44,194 nt of DNA from NCBI GenBank assembly GCA_051294375.1, contig CM119266.1, positions 7,392,726 through 7,436,919 of the forward strand. Direction: 5' to 3'. This stretch comes from Paraspadella gotoi (Eukaryota > Animalia > Chaetognatha). Shown here one piece after another: positions 34,944 through 44,194 of this stretch (positions within the stretch are counted from its first letter, which is position 1; each line of letters opens with the position of its first letter). The notes under the pieces are model-generated. The model saw only the letters and a program-made list of their open reading frames with translations. It made no database searches and had not been told where the DNA came from. Both the position numbers and the translations under genes were made by a program.

Positions 34944-35413
34944 CTAATGATTTTTTATAACAGCGAAAGCAGCATCTCTGGTCCATGATGGAATGTCGCC
35001 CGTTGCTGGAATTCGTTGCCAGCGAAGATCGTGAGAATCGACTTCAGCGACGAAGACGAAATTTTTGGGTAGAAATAAACATTTTCCCGAATTATATTGA
35101 ACTCCACCCCAGATTAAGATTTTCCCATCGACTTCGGCGGCGACGAAACCGTAGCCGCTAAAGAATCTCTTTGCTGTTGACCAATCACCGTATCGGAGGC
35201 GATCGAGGAAAGAAGGAGACTGAAGGATTGGCGGAGCGGATATGAGGTGAGAAGGAAGAGGAAGTTGGAGGCTTTCTTGCAAGATTGGCTCATCCATGTC
35301 GACTACTGACGAGACTTGTAAAAAAGGAATTTTTATTAAATTAAAGATTTTAAAAATTGGTAAATAAAATTTAAAGATAAGAAAAGATGAAAGGTAAAAA
35401 AAAAGAAAGAAAA
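34944..35413 (-). pseudogene. Mirror copy of the truncated Kelch fragment
   Basis: Reverse complement of 22418-22889, carrying the same diagnostic substitutions. Confidence 0.8.
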
Positions 35414-36438
35414 TCCTAAAACTATAAGGAATAAAAGACGGAAATCCAATGCACATCTAAAAAAAGTTATTGCGGCGCAAAAAAATTGTATGAACCGATC
35501 TTCTATTTTACTTCACGTTGTACAAAATACATGCAATAATTTGGATTCTTAGATTTTCTATTTAATACAACCTCTTCAATGAATTTCATAATTCTCTTTT
35601 TCGATGAGTTGACTTTTTTTTAAGAGTAAAACTTGAGATTTACCAGCGTTTTAGTTGATCTAATGATTAAAGAGGAGGGCGAGGGAGGAGGAGGAGGAGG
35701 AAGAGGAGGAGGAGCAGGAGGAGGAGAAAGGGGAAGTGAAGTGGGAAAGAACGATGGCAGCGGAATTAAAAAATGGTCAATTGTGGCGGTATATTCACAC
35801 CGCCTCACACCCATCAGCCAATCCCTTTGGCTCAGAGTGGGGAACGCACCATCCCAGGCGTTGTGTTCCATCCACAGTCCTAACGACTTCCCTCTGCGTT
35901 GGAAAAGCGAGACCGTCCTAGGGTAACCGGGTCAGAAGCCCCCAAAGCCAACAGTGAGATGCCCCATCTTAAGACTGACGGTGTTCAGACGAACCGATGT
36001 GAGGTGGATGAAAGAGGTTAAAGGCAATTTAAGTGAAAGAGACCATCTGCAGAAAGATAAACTGGAATTTTGGACTTAAATCTGCGACAAATTATTGGCA
36101 TCAAGAAATCCGGAATAAACGAATTATTTCGTAGAAAGTCAATTTCACATTTGAAATGACGCAGAAGGAGACTAAGCTGGTGACTCGAATTGTTCTTAGT
36201 CAACGAAATGACCCTCGTCACAAAGATCCCTGTCACAGAACTACAGTGAAGCCTCCCTCGTCGGTTGTCCCCTCGCTTTTTATATTGCGAAAAAACGATT
36301 ATTCTGTATAAAAAATAGGAGAATCTACTAAGACGATGACGACTGAGGCTTCACTGTAGTTCGGTGAGAGGGATCTTTGTGACTAAGGTTGTCTAAATGA
36401 CCGAGTTCAATTTGAGCCACCAGAGTCTAAGCTTTAGT

Positions 36439-38652
36439 CTAAAAGATCGAATGAGATGATGTGGTTCGGATGCTGACGATATCTTCCATCGACCCATCCC
36501 CCAACGCAGACGAGATGAGTCGCGCGTTTCTTCTTTCGTCACGACGATTGCTCGATGACGATACAACCCTTTATCGTGCGCCGCAGAATTCGGAAGGAAA
36601 GATTCTGAATTTTTCTGAAACTCGAGTCTTTGACGTCGAAAACGAAGATTTCTTTCGAGGGACCGGAAGGAGTGTCGCCGCCGACGAGAAGCAGTTGAGA
36701 GGCGGAGATGGGAGAGAGGCTGTGAAAGCGAATGGCGGCGGAAAGACCCAATCTCAAAGACGACCAACTGTGACTTTTCATGTTTAAAACGTGAAAATCG
36801 TCTAAAGGGTTGAAATCACAACTGCCTCCGTGAATGTAAATTTTTTCTTTCAGTCGAGCGACAGCAAAAGCTGAGCGAGGTGAAGGCGGTCGACCATTTG
36901 TCGGAAAATAAGAGAAACAATTGATCTCCGGATCGAATTGAATTAACTGATTGTTATAAAACATTCCTGGCTTTGACGTGCATTCAACCCAATCTCCGCC
37001 TTCTCCCTTTGGGCCGATACCTCCCAGTGAATAAAGTTTTCCCTCAAAACTCCACCCCCGGTGGCAGAATCTGGCTGAGGGGACATCGCCTATGGAATGA
37101 GGCGCTTGAATTCGCCAGAGGGAGAGAGAGAGAAGATTTCGTTCGTTGGCTCGTAAACGCCTCTGTCGCCGCCAAAAAAGTAAATCAGTTTTTTTATAAC
37201 AGCGAAAGCAGCATCTCTGGTCCATGATGGAATGTCGCCCGTTGCTGGAATTCGTTGCCAGCGAAGATCGTGAGAATCGACTTCAGCGACGAAGACGAAA
37301 TTTTTGGGTAGAAATAAACATTTTCCCGAATTATATTGAACTCCACCCCAGATTAAGATTTTCCCATCAACTTCGGCGGCGACGAAACCGTAGCCGCTAA
37401 AGAATCTCTTTGCTGTTGACCAATCACCGTATCGGAGGCGATCGAGGAAAGAAGGAGACTGAAGGATTGGCGGAGCGGATATGAGGTGAGGAGGAAGAGG
37501 AAGTTGGAGGCTTTCTTGCAAGATTGGCTCATCCGTGTCGACTACCGACGAGACTTGTAAAAAAGGAATTTTTATTAAATTAAAGATTTTAAAAATTGGT
37601 AAATAAAATTTAAAGATAAGAAAAGATGAAAGGTAAAAAAAAAAAGAAAGAAAATAAAGAAAGAAGTAAATAAAAGAAATGAAAAGAAAAAAAATGCAAA
37701 TGAAAAAAAGGGAAAAAGGAAAAAATAGAAAAAAATGACTAAATGAAATAACTCGCAAAGAAAAAATGTTAAAATAGCTTCAGTAAATATACCTGAAATG
37801 GCAGGCTCCCCTCTGGATGCAGGCGGATTAGGTTGTAAAGGCGAAAGCGACTGTTCAGGCTCCTGATTCAAATTTCCAATTGGAAGTTGAGGCAAAGGCG
37901 CTTCTTCGTCGTCATCGCTAACATCTTCATCCTCCAAGCCTTTTATGATCTTGTCAGTTTGCATCTGACTTCTTTCCAACATCTTTCTCAGTTCCCTCGC
38001 ATCCATCCCAGCCTTGGCAACTTTCCCTTCAGCCTGGAATTGCTTTTTCCACTTCCTCCAATCGACCGCGTCCAAAAGTCCCACTCTGACTTTATCCAAA
38101 TGATTGAGCCATTGAATCTTCAGTCCCGCGAAAATCTTGGAACATTTTCTCCACGACGTTTTTCTTGAGAAACTCGAAGCGTTTGTAACATTCGATGTCG
38201 TCTATCCCGGTTCCGTCGTCGTGAGCGATGTCGTTGCGCTTGCTTCTTCAAGTGATTGCTGGCGACTCTCACGTGACGTCGCGTGACTTTCTTGTCAACG
38301 ACGTGAGCAAAAAATGTCGCGTCCCCTTTTTCAAGAATCGGAATGAATTTCTGGTTTATGACGTCCGATTTTTCTTTTGTCCTTGGAAGAACTGATAGTT
38401 GGTGATGGCTTCCTCGTAATTTTCGTCGCACCAAGACTTCCAGAGTTGACCATCGTCCCAATCTCTGTTCGTCTCTTCCGGCAGAAGCGCACCGAATAGA
38501 GATTTGTACATCGTGGGTCCGTCGATCAAAAATGGCGCGGTGTAGCGAAGATGGTTCAAGCGTGGGGGCGTGTAGGGATTGCAGGTGGCGGCGGCAACGG
38601 CGCCGGCCGCTGCCCAGGAGGCATCGGCTGCCATGTCGACTCGACTCGACAT
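36439..38652 (-). pseudogene. Mirror copy of the HEPN-Kelch gene with multiple frameshifts (likely artefact)
   Basis: Reverse complement of 19178-21393; the ORF is broken into several pieces in the ORF track. Confidence 0.85.
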
Positions 38653-38745
38653 TGTCGAGGTCGTCTGGTCGCAGAGGGAAGGAATGAGATTTGCCGGTGA
38701 TTGAGGGAGGAAGAGGAAGAGGAGAAAAAGGGTGAGGAACCCGAT

Positions 38746-38802
<57 letters not shown>

Positions 38803-39699
38803 CGAATTGCTCAAGAGCGACTTGCTCAAGAGCGACTTTATTCTGATGCAAATCTTATGCAAATATTATTTCTTTTTAAAATTTGGAATCTGGGTGTGTT
38901 CCGTCTCATCGGGTTTATTTTCCAAGATCTCCCCATTTCATCTGAATTTCTGAATTTGGTTAAAATAGGACTAAACTCTGACGAAAAAAGCCAAAGGTGT
39001 TTTTAATATATCTTATACCGGCCAATGTAGAATGATGTTAAGTTTCAAAAAAATCCTGACATGAATATAGAAAATATTAACCAAAATCTTCGGAAAATCA
39101 ACCCTTTTTATGGAAGATTTTCATATATAAGAACAATTTTTGAGAGCACTTCAGGAACATACCTCAGTTTATATCGTTTTCAAGGAAAAAAAAACCCTTT
39201 CATTTCTATATAAAATCAGAGATAGATAACTTTCCGTACAGATGCAGTCTATTTGTCCTGGCTGTTCGATATCAAAATGTTGATTATTTGACAAGAGAGA
39301 AAAAAATGCGAGCTCTTCAGACCCAACACCTTCGGAAATAAAGCGTTTTTACATCTATAAGGTTAAAATTTAAATTCCGGGATAAAAGAAAATAAATGGG
39401 TCGCTCTGGGAAAAGCGCGTCTTTTCATCAATATCCCGTGAGATTACTGGCGAGACTGCTAATACCCACTTATTACTTTGCACTGATTTTTTTTTACCTA
39501 TTCAGAGGATGACGATTTCAATCACCGATTTTTATAGCTGCATAAGTTGCATAGCTGCATACACGACGCCACGCTAACTTTCATCGTGTCATATCGGTCA
39601 CGCGACCTTAAAATCTTTGTATTTTAAAGATTTTTAGAGGGTAAAAATTTATTTAGATTTAATCTTCCACCCCCCCCCCCCCCCCCCCCCCCCCCCCCG

Positions 39700-39734
<35 letters not shown>

Positions 39735-40067
39735 AAACAAATGAAAAATGATTTTTAAACATTATCAAAGAGAGTAAAACAGTTTAAGAAAGTAAGAAAG
39801 TGACAAAGTAAAAGGAAGCGCCCCTGCATAAGCCTAACTTCATCAAACCGGGCAAATAATACTTAAATTTCCTCTTTTTTCTTCGTTTCTCTCTTATAAG
39901 TTATATCTCTCTCTCTATTATTTTTCCCCGGTAATCTCAGTTTTCTTTTACTACGATTTTTGTATCATAAACTGCCTAGTTTCCTAACCCTAGTTTAAGA
40001 CTTTGTTGTCGCTTCATTGTTGTCATAAACGTCATCAATCTCNNNNNNNNNNNNNNNNNNNNNNNNN

Positions 40068-40104
<37 letters not shown>

Positions 40105-40133
40105 CAGCGACCGAGCACTTTTTCCCCTCTCAC

Positions 40134-42929
40134 CGACGAAAAGGTTCATGGTGAAAAAAGAGCCAAAAATGATGACGAAGACGAAGTAAGAGTAATATTT
40201 CATCGTGTGTTCACGTGATGGTTGTGAATCTCTATTGGTGATGTCCACCGCGTCCTCCATGATGGTCATCCAACCCTGAAGGAGAGAAGCGAGTCATTGA
40301 TTGAATGATTGATTGTTTATTGTTTAAGTAAAAAAGATTTGATTTGATGCAAAAAATGAATTAATAGATCGATTGATAGCCTATTTATCCGAAATAGGCA
40401 ACACAAAAAATTAATTAATAAAATAACTGATATTTTAATAGATTTATTGACGTTCAGAGGTCAATCGTCCGTTACCTCTCACCCTTTTAAAAATTGACAC
40501 ATTGAGTATTTGCATTTCACCATTTTTCACGTTCTCAATAGTTATTTTTGTTTATTTAATAAAGAACTTTCCTATATATATTTTACTTTTTGTTCATTTA
40601 GCCATTTTAGTAATTACTATATTCAAGACATGCACAAACCTTGAATGTCGTAATCTGCAGCAATGCCAAGTAAGCGTTGGGCACGTGATCGAAGTTGATC
40701 CTCGAATTTCTCCACTCGACCGTCGACGCGTTGATCCTCTTCACTTCGACGAGACACGAGCGGAGGCCTTTGAACTCATCCTCCGACGACACCGCCTCCA
40801 CGCGGGCGCGAAAGTCGGGCAGGGAGGGCATGAGCCCGTCCGTGCCGTTGCCCGTCATCCAGCGCATGCGGTCCCACCACGTGATCTGAATTGTGGGGGG
40901 GGGGAGTTATATATAAAGTGATATGGGTTTTATACGACATCACTGACAGCAGTAACAACGACAACAACAACAGCGTCAACAACAACAACAACAACAACAA
41001 CCTTAAACTCGTTTCCGCCATCTTTGGGTCGACATCGCCGGTCGGTGACGTTGTCGAGAAGGTGAGGCGGAATCTTGTAGCCAGTGGTCACGTCCACGCA
41101 TTTGTAGAACTTACCCTTCGAAAACGATCGAATGCAGGGATATGTATAAAAAGGATGTCAATATAGTAAAATTAAATTAATAATAATAGACCAATTTGTT
41201 AACAACGTAAGCCGTTAACTTATCCCCCGACCTTAAAACCTAATCCCTGACAACGAATCTCAAATCTAAATCTAAATCTAAATCTAGTTCTAAATAGAAA
41301 TCCAAATCTAGATTTAAATCTAAATCTAGATCTAAATCTAACTCTAAATCTAGATCTAAATCTAGATCTAGTCTTCAACCTAATCCCTAAACAAAACCCA
41401 ATGCCTAACCTAATTTTTAAACTAAAAAAATAAATAATAATTTGATTTTAAGCTTAAAACTGACACTTTTGACAAATACTGTGGCTCAGGTTGTTTACCT
41501 TGAAAAGCTGAACTCCCGCGATGGCGAAGATTAACCAAAACATGAGACAGACGAGAAAGACATTGAAAATCGGAGGAACTGAGTAGAGGAGTGAGTGAAC
41601 CACGATGCGCATTCCTGGTAAAAAGAGAGGTAAAGAGAAGTGAGTAGAGATGTGATTGAACCACGATGCGCATTCCTGGTAAAAAGAGAGGGAAAGAGAA
41701 GTGAGTAGAGATGTGAGTGAACCACGATGCGCATTTCTGGTAAAAAGAGAGGGAAAGAGAAGTGACTAGAGGAGTGAGTGTACTTCGATGCGCATTCCTG
41801 GTAAAAAGAGAAGTGAGTAAAAAAAAAAAAAAAAAAACTAAAGTGAGAAAAAAAAATGCAGAAAATGGAAGTCAGTTAGTTAGAGAACAACGTTGTACGC
41901 ATATCTTCCCATCTGTAAATGATCCTTACCTTCCCATCTATAAATGCGATCCTCATCTTCCCATCTGTAAATCATCCTCACCTTCCCATCTGGAAATGAT
42001 CCTCAACGGACGCAGGGCGCGCAAGACTCGGACGATCTTGAATCCGGGGAAGAAAATTGCCACGAGCGTGACAAGAACCGTGACAAAGTCGAGACAGTAC
42101 CAAGGGTTTGAGAAGTAGCTGACCATCCCAAGCCCCAACCACTTGGCCACCATCTCCGGCCACGAAGACCGCGCGGTGAAGATGCAGTCCACGTAGCTAG
42201 GAAGAGTCGAGGGAGTTGGGAGAGAGGGAGGGAGGGAGAGAGAAGAGAGAGGAGGAGGGGAGGAGTGGGGGAGAGGGAGGAGGGGCGGGAGGGAGAGGGA
42301 GAGAGGGGAGCGGAGGGAGAGCGGGGAGAGAGGGGGGGGGGATGGGGGGAGGAGGGAGGAGGAGGAGGGAGAGGGGGAAGAGGGAAAGAGGAGGAGGGGA
42401 GGGAGGGAGGGGGGGGGAGAGAGGGAGGAAGGGAGGAGGAAGGTGTGATAGAACGCGAGGAGTATAGGAGAGGAGGAGGAGAGGCAAGAATAGGAAAGAG
42501 GAAGATAGAGAAGAAAGAGAGAGGTGAGAGAGAGAGAGAGAGATGATATAAAGGGAGCAAAAAGATAAGAGATGAACCAAAACCGTTAATGAACGATTGA
42601 AATTGATTATTATTTCATTAGCGATTTTATTTATAAACATCTCAAACACAATCACACTTAAACACTATCGAAAACTGAATCTTCCCACTCACTCCAGCCG
42701 AAATTTTGCCTCACCCTTCCCCCTGCTTCTTCTCCTCCCTCTCATTTAACTCACTCCAGCGCGAGTTTGAGCTGAGGTCGAGTCGGGAGATAAACGTCCT
42801 CCAGACAGAGAGAAACGCTGCTGAGCAAAATCATGACGAAGACGAAAGTTTCAAAGTATTTGTGTTCGATGACAGAGTAGAAGGTGGAACGGAGACGAAA
42901 CCAGGCGCGCCAGGCGAAGGAGTCGCCGC
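40134..42929 (-). CDS. Nav1-type sodium channel, domain III. Exons (transcribed high to low): 42755-42929, 41982-42196, 41499-41614, 41002-41115, 40640-40885, 40134-40275; splices in phase 1 to the exon ending at 28603
   Basis: [28 protein letters not shown] (S1); [26 protein letters not shown] (S4); [32 protein letters not shown] (S5); [21 protein letters not shown] (P-loop, Lys of DEKA); [16 protein letters not shown] (S6). All junction phases agree. Confidence 0.93.
41585..41820 (-). repeat. 61-bp tandem repeat, 4 units, each containing the splice acceptor and the start of the DIII S4-S5 exon
   Basis: TTTTTACCAG/GAATGCGCATCG with exon-start positions 41614, 41675, 41736 and 41797. Confidence 0.9.
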
Positions 42930-43275
42930 CTGATGGTTTTGAGATAAAAAGTTTACTAGGGTCGTCTTTTACATCTGGAGACGTTTTGAAATTAAATACA
43001 ATTTTAGATATTCTATTCTATCGTTTAATTGGAGAAAATTTAAAATATATTGAGCACGGGTAAATATTAAATTTTCGCTAATTAAATTTCAGATCTTTTC
43101 ACAAAATCGGCGATCTGATGAGTTTGAAAGATTAAAAAAAAATATGGGTCTTTTTTTTTCGAACTTAAAATTTTATGACTTAATAAGCAATGCTTGTCAG
43201 AATGTTAAATATGAAAATTACGTCGGTGATTTTAAAAAGACGACGACAATGGCGACGATCCTCAACTTCACTGAC

Positions 43276-43417
43276 CCTGAAGACAGTNNNNNNNNNNNNN
43301 NNNNNNNNNNNNNNNNNNNNNNNNNNNNNNNNNNNNNNNNNNNNNNNNNNNNNNNNNNNNNNNNNNNNNNNNNNNNNNNNNNNNNNNNNNNNNNNNNTTT
43401 GATTGGAGGCGGAGGCT
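43276..43417 (-). CDS. Probable Nav DII-DIII linker exon spanning the N gap
   Basis: Polypyrimidine tract and cag acceptor at 43418-43420; gtcagt donor below 43276 gives ..CLQ-G-GDSFAW in phase with the next exon; the middle is unsequenced. Confidence 0.45.
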
Positions 43418-43799
43418 CTGGGGCGGACGAAGGAGTTGGCGAGAGAGAAAGGATAGGATGGGTTATCAAATGATTTATAAATATCAATGGAGGATTAATA
43501 AATACATTACCAAAATTAAATTACTAAATGAGAAAATAATGCGTGAATGAATTCCTTGAAGACTACGTAGATAAATCAAAGTAAAACATCATTGAATTAA
43601 TTTGTTTAGGAAACATCGAAGGAGGTGAATAATTGAATCAATTTATGAATTAATAAATATCTGAAATAATGAAAAAATTGAATTTAATTTAATTAAATCA
43701 AATTAAATCAACGAAATTAACTTGTAGAATTAACCGGAATTTGTGGACGAAGCCACACCGATCGAGTGGCCAGTCAATTTGGCCGAAGATATGTACAAT

Positions 43800-43840
<41 letters not shown>

Positions 43841-43843
43841 CTT

Positions 43844-43901
<58 letters not shown>

Positions 43902-43910
43902 ATCTCCTAC

Positions 43911-44186
43911 CGGCGTTATCTCCTCCGCCGCCAAAAATGATTCCGTCTTCGGTTCGACGACGACGCAATTCAAATCCACGACGTAGCATCTGTCGTCGTC
44001 GTCGTCGTCGTCGTCGTCGAAGTCGATCGGGCAGACGTCCTCCACGTCCAGCGGGCACACGTCCTGCACCACCGGGATGCGGCACCTGTTCTCGCCGAAT
44101 CGGCATCTGACATCGCCGTCCACGGAGTAGGATTTGGCCGGGCAGGTGGCGGAGATGGAGGTGCGTTCGTCGGGGGAGACGCTGAC
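43911..44186 (-). CDS. Probable Nav DII-DIII linker exon (VSVSPDERTSISATCPAKS...[11 protein letters not shown]...EEITP)
   Basis: tttcag acceptor, gtagga donor, open frame with the same GC3-rich codon usage as the other exons, same strand and expected position; no conserved motif recognised, and the phase link to the next exon is uncertain. Confidence 0.55.
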
Positions 44187-44194
44187 CTGAAAGA

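Larger units (their letters stand above)
17871..40037. repeat. Giant inverted repeat: left arm about 17871-28658, right arm about 28776-40037, about 115-bp loop; probably an assembly/read fold-back artefact
   Basis: The right arm is the reverse complement of the left along its whole length (identical mirrored ORFs, e.g. 21907-22200 vs 35633-35926), differs mainly by 1-bp indels and ends at a 25-N gap. Confidence 0.97.

Noticed and set aside
28845-38652. Second functional sodium-channel gene and second HEPN-Kelch paralogue
   Set aside because: Mirror copies have many frameshifts and almost no substitutions, and the Nav copy lacks upstream exons; best explained as an artefactual inverted copy.
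17871-40037. Giant TIR transposon (Polinton/foldback) defined by the inverted arms
   Set aside because: The arms consist of host genes, the spacer is about 115 bp, and no transposase, integrase or polymerase ORF is visible.

Overview
Eukaryotic (animal) genomic DNA with AT-rich introns, abundant (AG)n/(ACG)n/(AAAAG)n microsatellites and 4 N-gaps. The Nav motifs look protostome-like. Three spliced genes are recognisable. (1) The 3' part of a DLG5-type MAGUK (PDZ-PDZ-SH3-HOOK-GK) on +, 3457-14167. (2) A two-exon gene on +, 19178-21393 (about 657 aa), fusing a DZIP3-like HEPN domain (intact RNDIAH = RxxxxH motif), a coiled coil and a six-bladed KLHDC1/2-like Kelch propeller; this is the best candidate for an undescribed sensor-RNase system. 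(3) The 3' half of a Nav1-type voltage-gated sodium channel on - (44186 to 40134, continuing 28603 to 24058), with K/A filter residues, an MFMT inactivation motif, an altered toxin-binding outer ring (FKGWMT, SAGWSD) and a roughly 60-aa turret insertion. 17871-40037 is a ~22-kb palindrome. Its right arm is an indel-riddled inverted copy sitting in a Nav intron and is most likely a fold-back long-read/gap-filling artefact. Also present: a minimal Penelope-type hammerhead ribozyme, tRNA-derived SINE-like repeats, a hairpin starting at the Kelch stop codon, a Kelch fragment inserted between 255-bp direct repeats, and a recurrent pattern of exon/intron boundaries being tandemly echoed into introns. 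All exon calls were made by eye from GT/AG boundaries and phase matching; no database searches were run.
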